Assembly: GCA_026023565.1 (NCBI GenBank)
Contig: JAPETS010000022.1
Location: 434,001-498,000 of the forward strand
Source of the DNA: Cirrosporium novae-zelandiae
Lineage: Eukaryota
Length of the DNA: 64,000 nucleotides
Direction: 5' to 3'
The notes beneath the pieces were generated by a model. It saw nothing but the letters and a program-made list of their open reading frames with translations. It was not told the origin of the DNA and ran no database searches. A program made the position numbers and the translations under genes. This document shows, in pieces, positions 47,969 to 60,092 of the stretch. Position 1 is the stretch's first letter. Every line of letters starts with the position of its first letter.

Positions 47969-50900
47969 ACGCGGCTGCAAGCTGCTGATTGTTAGCTATT
48001 TATTTGGGTTTGAATTTCTCTCGTTAGCTTTTCCGAGGAAGATATTTTCACATGGTATCCTTATCCCCCCCCCCCCCCTGCCCGGGCAATGGAACATCGA
48101 ACCAGCCGGATCGAAGTCATGCCAATCGTTGAAATACTCATCGCCCAAGGATATTGTATCCCTTTGAGATGCTGGAATTGTTCACTTGGATCAATTTTCC
48201 ACTCCCACACCTGCCATACGGAAAGCAAGAAGCCCAACTTCTTTTTCTGCTGTTTATTTCCCAAGGCGTTTTTTACTAATTTTTCTGTTCTACACCATCA
48301 ATGTTTGATCAGCCTTTGGATGCTATTCTCAAACATTCCAGTCCTTTTTCAGCTTACTTTAGTTTGTCGAGAACCCCAGGTTTTTTACACTCCGGGGAAC
48401 CCAGTCATTGCAATTCCCAGACCGACAGGAGGATTCCGTGTGTTGGAACAATTTTACAGTTTGATCGACCCAGTGGCTAAGCCAATGTACTTTACTAATG
48501 TTGCGCCATGCACGACGACCATGGACTATTTTGCATGTTTCTGTCGTTACGGCATGAGGAGCATGACGACTTTCTTGATGAAAGTAGAGCGCGACAGAAC
48601 AGAACAGGAATCACAGAAGGCGGAATTTTGCATTACATCATACCCCATCGACGTTTCCATCAACCTATTTGGTAGCCACCATAGAGGTCTGCCTTTTTTT
48701 TTTTTCATTCCAACAACCATATTATTAAGTGATTTGCCAAATTTCCCATGGATTTCAAGCTCTCCTCGCCTGAGAACCCATGATGCCCAACCTTGCTGGT
48801 CAGGACCTCACAAGCCACGTGTCCGCCTTTGTACATCCCAATCGGCCTCATTCAAAATTGCCACACCACTACACCCTCCCTATCCCCACCCATCGATCCG
48901 CCTCGCCTTCGTCCATCTCATTCAGAACGCTTTCAGCTCATCATCAACAAAAAAAGAGTTTATTCCACATTAGGCGACTCCCGGTTTCGCGGAAGCCTTA
49001 TTCCAGGACCTGAACCATGTCAGGATCGAAACCCAAACCCAAACTCTAAAAAGGGGCTAGCCATGGCTGTCCTATAAAAAACAAAAACAAAAATCCTGCT
49101 CATGTTCATGTTCATATCCTCGCATATGATTCGTGAATTCTTGATTCCGAGGCTCTTTTCCTTCCTGGCACGGTAGCGAGATATCGATATGGTGCAATAC
49201 CAATCTCACACAAAGTATCGATCGATCAATGGTATTGCCTGCCGCATTTCTATATCGTGTCAACTTGGATTGGCTTAGGAGATCTTTTCACCCCCACGCT
49301 ATGAGATGGAATGCCCTATAATGATGATGGTGACGACAATGACAATGACGATGACGATGATGGTGATGGCGATGATGGTAACGACTTAACTGAAGAAGGG
49401 AAAACAAAAGGTGTGGGGTTTTTGATGAACACCACCATATCTAAGATTCAACCGCACAGAACAAACAACAAGGAGGCTGGGGGGAGGAGGGTGTGGAGAG
49501 CTAGTACTGTATGAATGAATATTATTAATTGCGTTTACCACTTCCACTTGATCTTGATTTTGATTTTTTTAGTATTTCTTATTTGCGCCCAAACAGATCC
49601 CAGGTTAGGAAGGAAAAGGATGAATCGAAAGGCAGGGGACATGGAGACGGGGTATGAGTAAATATCGACCTAACCGAACCGAACCCCACAAACATTTCTG
49701 AAAAAAAAAAAAAAAAACACATTTTCTTCTAAATCCTTGAATGCTAAATTCCAAATGCCTAGAATGGGAGAGTGAGAGGGGGGGGGGGGATCCTGTATCC
49801 TTCCCCCATCCCTTCCTTTTACTAGAAATCCCAGAAAACCAAACCCCCCTAATAGAAAAGAACAGAAAAGTACAGAAAAGAACAGAAAAGAACAAAACGA
49901 AATAGAGAACATGGAGATGGGATTGGTATATAATGTGTGTAGGTGTAGATGTAGAGAGGGAAATAGAGAAACCTCAAACTTGGGAAACTAAACAAAACCA
50001 AACCAAAACCAAACCAAAATACCTCCTCTCCCTCTCTTTTTTTTTTTTTTTTTTTTTTGCTTATTCACATTTCCTGGTTCCTGATTCCTGTTTCCCCGTT
50101 ATCATTCCCGTATATGTATATCTGTATATGTATATCTGTATATGTATGTGTTGTCTTATCTTGTAATTTAATTAGTCTACCCCATTTCCGTAATTTCGTA
50201 TTTATTATGTATTATGTATTATGTATTATGTATTATGTATTAATATCATGAAAGATCTATTGGGGGAGGGGCTGTGTAATGAATGTTAGTATCAATACTA
50301 ATACTAATACTAATACCAATACCAGTCAGTATTAATTAATAATTACTCCTCCTTTCTTTCTGTAGTCTATCTATATCTATATCCGTATCCGTATCTGTAT
50401 CTGTATATTTTGCGTAATTATGTATATATGTATATATGTATATATGTATGTATTATAGAAAGCCCAAACCCAAACCCAACTTCCTTTACCCTTTACCCTT
50501 TTCCTTTCTCTTCTCTTCTCTTCTCTTCTCTCCCTTTTTTTTGGGGGGGGGGGGGGTTTGGTGGGTTTGATATTTTTCGCTTTATTTTCATTTTTATTTG
50601 ACAAGTTAAAAAGATTTTTTTTGTGTGTGGTTTGTGGTTTGGGGGTATATACAGTAAGGTAAATAACTAAGGTAAAAGGGGGTATATCAGTGTGTGTGTA
50701 AAGTTTGATATAATATATAGGATATAGGATATAGGATATCATACTTGGTTACTTATACATACATTAGATATATGGTACATACCATACATAGTGTAAGTAT
50801 AGTACGGTACAATATAACCAATTACATCACATCAAATCAAATACAATCAAAGAAAGAAAGAAAGAAAGCCGTAACACCAAAACACCAACACCAACAAAAA

Positions 50901-51462
50901 AAAAAAGATTATCATTATTTACCTACTTCTAGATCTAGTTACTCCCCCCCCCTTTTTTTTTTTTTTTGATTGTCTGATGATTAGGAGGAGTGAAGAAGGG
51001 GCGTACCGGGCATTAAGCTCTGGATTTCTATCTGGGTGTAGCCTAGAATTTTAGACTTGGGGATTTACTGTAGTTTAGTTTAGTTTTAGGCTTTGTCGAT
51101 GCTGATTAGAATCGACCATCGACCCGTGTGGTGTGTGTATGGTAGACGATCAAACTTAGCGATCTCCATGTAGTTTAGGTGAGTTCAGGGCTTTGCGGGT
51201 ATTATCGTTATTGATGTTGTTAGGGTCATCATTACCATTATCGTTATTAGTAGTAGTGTTGATGTTAATCAAGAATCGACCATGGTTTTCTTTTTGGTGG
51301 ACCCCTGTCTCGTGACATAAAGACCCGTGGTTTGTGTGTGGTGGATGATCTTCAAACGGGATAAAAAAAGGAACCGGATCGGTAGATATTCCGTGCGGGT
51401 GTTCGCGCTTGTGATGGTGGTGGTGGGAAAATAATTGCTCAGGATTGTGGATGGAGTTAGGT

Positions 51463-51465
51463 GGG

Positions 51466-51564
<99 letters not shown>
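51463..51564. repeat. (GGCA)n microsatellite, about 25 units
   Basis: Directly visible. Confidence 0.95.
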
Positions 51565-52559
51565 ACAGTCAGGAGTTAGGTGACTAGGAGGGAAGGTGTA
51601 GTGTATGGTGTGGATGTTCCCTTGCGGGCGTTTAGTTTGCGCTTGTGGTGTTGTAGCGGGAAAAGAATTACTCAGGATTTTGGAGATTGGGGGGTTGTGG
51701 ATAGAGTCAGTCAGTCAGTTAGTTAGCTAGGAGGGAAGGAGGGTGTGTGCTGTGTGTGCATTGCGTCGTCTGCGTGATGAAAACAGATAGGTATATCTGA
51801 GAATTGCTTTCCTTCCTGAACTATTGACGATATAGAGGTAGGTATTCTGGATAAGTTGGGCAAGGCGAGGCAACACAACGCAACACAATTCAGGCAGAGA
51901 GAGATCAACAGCTGCCTTAGCTAGGGTTAGGTAGGTAGGAAGGTAGGGCGCTCGTGGGGTGATTTTATTGACAACAACAAAAAACAACAAAAACAACAAC
52001 AACCACCAAGAAAAGTGACGATGAAGCCTTTCTGCAGCGCTTCCAGAAAGAGTAAATGTGAAGGGGTATCATGCAATTTTCTCTAGGCGACTAATCCGTT
52101 GGACAGATAATAAAACAGGATGGAAACCAAATCGGCAGTTGTTTAGGGTAGTTTTGTGGTCCTATAGAATAGGATAATTATGTATGGGCGTAAAGAAGAA
52201 TGGATGCAAGGCTTCGCTGCTGCTGCTGCTATGAGATTATGAGATACTATTTTATTGGACCCTTGATTTCCTTTGATGCCTTGAGCCGCTGACCGACCGA
52301 TGCGTTGGGGGGCATACTATTATCCATCCTTTAGGCACATGAACCCTTGAAGGAAAGAAATCACCGAGGGAGAAGAGGGTGTGCTATAGAAGGAATTAAG
52401 TATGGTTATCAAATCTCGACTGCAGATGATTTCACCGGATATAAAGCTGTATAATGAGTAATTGGTGTGTTACAAGGAGTATGATATGAGGCTACTCGAT
52501 ACTGGTTCCAAATCCAATCCTAGACTCTTGGCCTGCATTATGCATGAAATTTGGGTGGA

Positions 52560-53300
52560 TAGCTTAACTTTAGGGAATTTTGTTCGTGTTGCGTCGTGTG
52601 TTATGTAGGTTATGCACAGTGAGTTGGTGTGGGTTGCATGCTTGAGTAGGCTCAGAAGCTCGCTTAGGCGTGTACTTGTGAGTATGCATATCGGCATACC
52701 TGCCGTCGATAGCCCGCTTTATGCGTTTCACTGTCAGCGCATAGATCTGGAAAAAGATTTGCGGTTAAAATCTCAGGGCCGAATGACAGTGGGGTGGTGG
52801 GGTAGAAGCGCCAGAAATAAGCTAAATCGCTGATCAGACGAAACTGTAGATTATTGAAGAGTGAGGCTGAAGGGCCCGATGCATGGCGTCTAGGGCCAAG
52901 GAGAGTATGTATATAGCTTCTGACGAATATGAAGTTCAGGACGATCATAATCAGGGTTTTTATAATCATATCCCAGGTTTACTCGCTTTCGATAGTCAGG
53001 CAGGGCTGGAAGAACTGGCCAAGGGCGAGATGGCTGATTAAATGGGTCGATATATGCATGAGGATTAGAAGAAAGGGTGTGCAGCCTGTTCGTTCTGACG
53101 AAGGGGAGGCACAATAAGAACCATAGGAATCTTGTGTACCATTAGGTATATCGACATTAACATCAATGTCATGTCTAGTGAGCACTTAGATGGCCTCTTT
53201 TATTCAACCCGTCATTGCCACAACGCATCTAGAAAGAGGTCCATGACCACGTTCCAGGGTTGAGCATTGCCGTCCTTAGGTTCCTAGGCAGTGTAAAACA
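52560..53300 (-). pseudogene. Possible heavily decayed ankyrin-repeat gene
   Basis: Fragments LTRHDIDVNVD, GCTPFLL and ELLSLLKHATHTN resemble ankyrin consensus. Broken by stops and frameshifts. Confidence 0.3.
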
Positions 53301-55269
53301 TGGTTGGCTTGGAAGATCCGGTGATAGGGTAGCTGCTGATCAGGTAGATGAATATAAATCTAGAGGGCGGGGACCAGTGTGGGGGCTAGCGTATTTAGCC
53401 AGCCGCTGAAGAAGAGAAAAAATAAAAGACACGGAATAATTATAACTAGTTGCATATCAAACTCTCCATTCCAGGATTTTCTGTCTTTTGCTCTTGGCTT
53501 TTCGGAATGATCCTTGCATCCTTTGCTCTATGGAGCGGGCCCTTCCATATGGTGCGGAAAGAGAATCTGGAGATTTGCCCTTGGTCGAATTTGATAAGGC
53601 CCCCTATCTGAAATCATGGTAAAGCGTGCTTCTATCTGTACATCTGGCACCCATTAAGTATTTTCTAATACGTACGTGTCATCACTTACCCTTTCATCCG
53701 GATTTCCACCCTACATGGTTGCGTTGCATTCATAGTAGTCTCGTAATCGCTAATAGTCCTGATGACATTGGTTAAGGGTCAATACTGGTAGCTTCGTGCG
53801 CAGCTAGCAGAGATGGCAGTTCTAATCGACTGAGGTTTGATGGACTGAAGGCTCGATGGGCTGAAGCTCGATGCCCTGGCGCTCCGATGAGCGATGAAAG
53901 CAGAGGCGGAACTTAGCAGCGAATATCTGGTGGAAGACAACGAGTTTTTTGCCTGCTGGGCGAACAAGTAATGATTTCGGACTTGAAGCTCTCTACTGTT
54001 AGACAGAGCTGTTGAAGGGACAATGACATTTTGACCTGGCGGCATAATAGATGGGAGCGAGATGACAAGTTTGATGTATTCAACCAATGGAACGACGAAG
54101 GCAGGATAGTCAAGATAGACAAATAACGAGGAACCAGAGATTTTTTTTTGTTTCCAGTGCCTCTCGAGGTCCCTTAAGCGGTGTCACAATCCTTCTCCTA
54201 TGACCGACATTGTCATGCCTTAAGCTAGAATAGCTATAGACAATCAGAAGAAAAGGGGCTGTTTCGGCACATTTGATCTGACTACTAGCCATGGTCAAAC
54301 GGTTCCCATTCCCAACACTCCATCTATGGCGAAGAGAAGCATCGATTAGTGGGTTCTTTTTCAAGATAGGCTTCCGAAACAAAGGCAACAATCTGTCCGG
54401 TGGAGTCGAGTCTGCTTGGAGATACACTACTTGGTAAAGTTGTAACGACAGATGATGATCTGCGCGACCAAGCATCAACACGGATTCCCAAGAGTTAACT
54501 TGACCAGGATCAAAGGCTGTGAAGGATATGAGCCAAGACTATAAAATAACATTCAATACCTGGGTATCGACGAGGTCTTTTCGATCGAAGCAGTGACAGA
54601 ATTCGTCAAGTGAGGGTGATCGATACTATCGGCGAAAGGGGGCACTGTTAATATCACTTAAGTGGGCTATATTGACGTCCTTCCTAGAAGCTCCGAATTG
54701 GATCTCAACAGCCAGGAGGAAGATGATCGAGAATAGTCGTTTCACCTGTAGAGATTTCTTCGTCGAAGAAACGGGTGTCACGTCGTTCCAGTTTATAAGG
54801 GTCATATTCACTCAAAAGCAAAAGTCAAACTCCCGGTGCCATACTATGGAAGCGATGGCCACTGGCCTGATTTTTATATAGTCATTCTGAAAGCATGAAT
54901 TTTCTGCTGCACCTAAAACACCCTTTTGCGTTCAAAAACTCAAGTTGATGCGGACTGCGGTCATCTTCACCTCCTGGAACCCTTGCCTACTATTTCTCTA
55001 GACGTGAATCATTTTAACGGGCGTATCAAATAATAGTAGTCATCCTTCTCTTATAGTCGGCAAAAATCTGCTGAATGTATGTTGACCTTCCCCATAATAA
55101 AGTATTTTCATAACCGATACGCTTATATCGGTGCGCATACAATCCCGAAAGGACCAAGACAAGGAAGTGTACCTACTTTTGATCAGGCTGACTCAAATCG
55201 AAACAGCATGTCTGATTCTAAACTATCATTTCCATACCACTAATTGCAACCATATCCACATCATATATC

Positions 55270-56403
55270 GGATTATATCTCACATCCCTATCCTTGAGTT
55301 CCCCATGGCAGGGACTAGGGCTACATCAGTCTTGATCAACCCAAAAGTTATCAAGCCCTTACGAGGCTGCGTAAACAGATATTCGCCAAAAAGTCCAATG
55401 AGCGTCGACGAGCTTCAAAGTGGTCTTTATAGAAACGGAATCTTTGCCTTTGGGATTCCCATGCGAGCAGGACCATCAAAGGAACCCATGACCAGGTGGA
55501 AAGGGAAGACTGTTCCAGTAAGTTCCAGTAAGTAATCTGGATCTTTGCGATCAAACCACCAAAGCAAATCCAAATACAATGTCTTTCTCCATAAGCCGAC
55601 AAAGTATTAATCGCCAAAGATAGTGGTAAAGGGTTCTATCAGGCTAGATAAAGCTGGAAATATATTCTCACTCCGGGTAAGGATGCAGGAGGTAAATACT
55701 TCTACATTCCAACTCATCGAGGGTGGATCTTAAGAGTCAGCTTCTCTACCATTCCACCTGAAATGAATACCCCCCGCTGGGATGACCACATAGTATTCCC
55801 AAAACATTTGGCCTTGACCAAAATGCAGGGTCCTTGAGGGAAATTGCTTCTTGAAATGCCCATGCCATCCTCAAGCTTGGCGCATCGAAGGTGATTCTGG
55901 ATAATAAGCCCGTATATGGTTTTAATTCGACAAGATCTATGGATATAGGTAAAGGTGAAAGTTTGCGGGATTGAAACGGTAGCCATACCGCCAAGTAGCC
56001 GATCGTTGATCGTAATTGAAGAAATCCTCATTATCATCCTCTGCATGGTGGCACGAGAATGCAAGGTAAGCAATTGCGTATCCATCGGGCATAGTCCCGT
56101 CGCTAATCTCCAGGTTACTTCGGAATAATGCATATTGAATCCAAACCAAGACGGCAAGCCACCGTCACAGCATTAGCCATTAACTTGGGAAGAGTATCTG
56201 GTGCAACGCCGGGAGGACGCCAGGATAACCGTGTGGCATTGAGTAACCTGTGAAGACACCCTCCACAGATTCAATACAATATCGACCATAGACCCCTTGC
56301 CGCCATAGGCACTCTCAACCCTTACAAAACGGGCATCCATCAGGCAACATACTTCCATAATCTCTTCTGGTAATGGGCTTGGTTATGAGTCGGACGGCAG
56401 CAT
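55270..56403 (-). pseudogene. Possible decayed gene with an F-box-like N-terminus
   Basis: MLPSDS*PSPLPEEIMEVCCLMD at the 5' end and protein-like fragments in shifting frames (GERHCIWICF..IAKIQITY; TLIGLFGEY..KGLITFGLI). Confidence 0.3.
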
Positions 56404-57299
56404 GGTTTTGAAGATTTTGAGCGTGTCGTCTCACCCTTATGCACGTGCTCTAGGACAGCTTATATGGACTTTTTGGGATAGTAGGTCCGCGACTATAAGT
56501 CGACGATGTTCCACCTCATGGACACAACAAGGCATTATCATGCTTGACTCTGATATAGCCTCTTCAGCGATAGCCTCATAGCTCACCATGCGGAGCAAGC
56601 GCTCCTATAGAAGCCTCTTTCATTTCATCACACCAGCATAACTATTTTTGAGGTTTATGGATCTGCCCATGGTTTCACAACAGAAGCAGGTAGAAGAAAA
56701 CTTCGAATATAGAGCGCAAAGGTCTGTTCCATCTTTGCTACCTTGACCGCCTTCAGTACCAGCAAAAGGAACGACCTGTGTAACGTTACCATTGCCTGTC
56801 TTGTGAGATTAACCAACTAAAGATATAAGATCAAAATTCACATGACAGGCGCTTGAACAATTAAGTCCCGAGGATAGTAAGTGGCTAAACTCTGGGGTGC
56901 CAGCGAGATCCTCAAAGGATATTCTCGAAGCAGTCGAATAGAGAATTACCGTTTCTAGAATTGGAGGCTGATATGGTTGGCGTGTATTCGACAAGAGTCC
57001 TGAGATCGGCAAGGGAACGTGCTCACGATATGGCGGTAGAGCTCTTCTCCTATGTATATTTGTTTTATCCTCTTGAATCCTGGGTTCAGAGTCTTGACCG
57101 TAGCTGAAATTCTTGGATAGGATACCACCTGATCAGATGGGAATGGAATTTTTCAGCCTGTGATCCATATGGAATTGCAGTGCCACTTCATGGAACAATG
57201 CAACCGGAGAGCTGAAAAACTGACAATGAATCTCTCGTCCAAAAGAACATGTCACTATTCTCTAGTCAACGGCTACTAGGATTGGCTATTTCCCCTGGA

Positions 57300-58000
57300 T
57301 CTTAGCATCCTAAAGGGAAATCAACATACCAAAAGACGTCGATGCGAAAAGGGATCTCATACAGTGATGAAATCTGAGTCTGTTAAGAGACTATGTTAGT
57401 AGAAGGAGGGACGATTTTCAAGCGTGTGTGAACAGGTGGGTTGAGTATGAGTCCTCCAGAACAGGCCGCCTCTCATCCTTTTGTGATTCTTGAACCCCTC
57501 TCACAGTTTCTTATAGAGACTAGACTGACCTGTACTATGCAGTGTGGAACCACGATTACACCAACTACGTTCAGATCAATAGGATCAATTCCTCAGGCTG
57601 GACAGCACTGCATTCGGCCTGTATCTACGAAGGTTCTGACTTGTGCCTTAGCCATGAATTTACCTTCGGCGGACCGAAGTATAGCAGGTTAGGATGGGGC
57701 CCTCATCGAAAGTTAATATTTGGAGATAATACTCATCGAACATAATCAACAGAGGACAAGGGAATTATCTTGAAAGGCGAAGACTATTATATTCCTTTAC
57801 ACCGTATAGCAAACAGCGGTTGAACAAGCAATGCTAAAGCTCTGATTGAGGCAAATGCAAAGGGTATATACTCTGGACTACAGTGATCTTCAACCTGCTG
57901 GGTGAAGTATGGGTCTGGGGCAAATCATGAAATCGCAGAACTACCGCGGGAGACACTGGGACTAGATAGCTAGAAGTGTACTGAATATGCCCTTTGAGGA
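57300..58000 (+). pseudogene. Decayed ankyrin-repeat gene
   Basis: QINRINSSGWTALHSAC (about 57570-57622) and EDYYIPLHRIANSG*TSNAKALIEANAK (about 57780-57860) match the ankyrin consensus, with an in-frame TGA and frameshifts. Boundaries are approximate. Confidence 0.6.
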
Positions 58001-58530
58001 AATGGAGAAAATCCTGGCTATGGATAATGGTTGGGTTGCAATTGCCTCTTCGAAACATGGTCTTAACCACAAAGGTCAAAAAATTAATCTATGTTGAGTA
58101 GTCTGGCTGGCTAAATACCAAGAACCTGGTAGGGGCATTAAGAATTGTTAGTTATTGCACACCCTTGGTAACCAGGAGTACCCACATTAAAATTTATTTC
58201 CCCCAATATTAGTTGCTGTGTATAATAGTGGTTAAACGGGTTTTTTGTTCAATTATATACATTTTATGAAGGCTATATATAATATTTATAATACTCTTCT
58301 ATTCATGTATCAGGGTATATGCCAGACAAGATATCGTGGAACTTGTTGGATCGACATCCAGCTAATACCCTCCAGGGCAGATCCATGCCATCTATACATT
58401 TGCTCATATCATACATTTCATCATGTCCTCGGTGCTGGATTCATTGTGTGTTTTGTAGCACTCCATCCATATTAATATACAGATATCTCTCCTAGTAAAT
58501 ATACTACCTTTGAAAATGATCAAGGCATTT

Positions 58531-59337
58531 CTATTTTCCTGATCCTGAGAACATCTCCTTTCCTAATCTTCCGTCTTTCTTCCTACCTTCTATATCCCTC
58601 ACTCTCCTCTCAAAGGCCTCCATCATTGTCCCGGCTACTTTCGGCGCCGCTGCCTTGGCTAATGCTGCGTAGATCGGGTTCGCAAAAGTATACTCAATAG
58701 TTAATGAAACTTGCGTCCATTCCATCGCAGGAGTAACGGTAGGGCCTTGCGGAGATGAAGCAGATGACTCGGACGGCCCAGGTTTGTAAGGAAGTGGTCG
58801 CAAAACCCAGCGAGTTAAGAGATGACGGAACACATCTTTGCTTAGTCCTAAATCGCCCTTGCCCCGTCCACCCGGTAAAGGAGGTCTAGCATTGGGGTGA
58901 TCTGGAGGATACCAGCCTGAACATTCTTCTAGATCCTCTGATCTACTTGTTCGTCCACCAACGGCTTCCACAATCTTGTCCGGGAGACAGTACACTCGAC
59001 TTGCATATCTATCTTTGAACGTCCCGTAGCCAACGGTGAGAGTAGTGAGATGTGGCCACCGAGTGTTGGTGAGTGGGTCTGGGGATGAATAGGTGTGGAC
59101 ATCGGAAGAAATGAGAAATGGAAGGAATTCTTTGTAGGAAGAAACGTCGGCAATTATTTGAAAGAGTGGGCGGGCGGGATATGGGAGAGTCCGTGTCGCG
59201 GTTAGACGCTCAGGAGTGCTAGGTGGAGCAAGATAAGATATGAAGGGTCGAGTTTGAAGTGGTGACGGTGGATACTGCTTGCAATGAAGGACAGAGGTAC
59301 TATTGAGACGAGGGAGACGGAGATATTGTAAACGCAT
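58531..59337 (-). CDS. COQ10: Coenzyme Q-binding START-domain protein Coq10
   Basis: Basic, acid-free mitochondrial-type presequence; RTLPYPARPLFQIIADVSSYKEFLPF, LTVGYG, F..LLTRW and IEYTFANPIYAAL...MMEAFERR. Confidence 0.9.
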   Translation of the reverse strand: MRLQYLRLPRLNSTSVLHCKQYPPSPLQTRPFISYLAPPSTPERLTATRTLPYPARPLFQIIADVSSYKEFLPFLISSDVHTYSSPDPLTNTRWPHLTTLTVGYGTFKDRYASRVYCLPDKIVEAVGGRTSRSEDLEECSGWYPPDHPNARPPLPGGRGKGDLGLSKDVFRHLLTRWVLRPLPYKPGPSESSASSPQGPTVTPAMEWTQVSLTIEYTFANPIYAALAKAAAPKVAGTMMEAFERRVRDIEGRKKDGRLGKEMFSGSGK

Positions 59338-60092
59338 TTTGCTGTTTGAGTGGATGATAATTGAGAGAAGTGGAGAAGTCAATGTCACGATATGCGACTA
59401 TCCATAGTTTTATAATTTCTACTTCCTCCACGAGAGGGGCTTCAACATATTCAAGCGTTGAGGATTTCGTGTGACGTGGAAATCTTGTAGTTGTACTTTT
59501 GTATTTTCATACATTTTCACATTTTCCCCGAAACCTTCCAAGCATCCCAATGCACGGACCAGACCACTACCCACTACTCTAATCTCGAGAGGCGATTTGC
59601 CTTTTACCATTTCAACAACACAAAACGTCTATTTGGATGGAAAAACTTCGATATTTTTTGTTATAGTTTTTTATTGTCGAGACTATCTAAGTCTACCTAA
59701 GCTATTTGACTAGCGAACCTCAGAGGAGGCGCTTCTGTCGGTTGGATTTGTTTTCGTCACCTCATATCCGAGGTATTGGGTATCATTGGAAAGCTCTGCT
59801 CTCTGGAAATAGGAAAAGAAAATGCAAGGTATCTCGGCGCCGTGATTTCCAACGGGTGACCACTCAACGAAAATGTGATCAATCGAAATTCAACCTCATA
59901 TCATCATCAAGTCATCAGATGCAGTGCCATGCCACGCTATGCAGAGTGTTCAAAAAATCAGGTATAAACAAACGAGATGGTATCTTAGATGAATAATGGA
60001 AATTCGTGACGTTGTCGCTAGAAAAAAGATGACAAAAAAAAGAAAAAGCCGACGGTATCAGTAATATCGATGCAGTATAATGCACGTAACGC

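Noticed and set aside
48089..48973. 294-aa ORF downstream of the unknown gene
   Set aside because: No recognisable motif, crosses homopolymer tracts and has UTR-like composition. It cannot be fully excluded without expression data.
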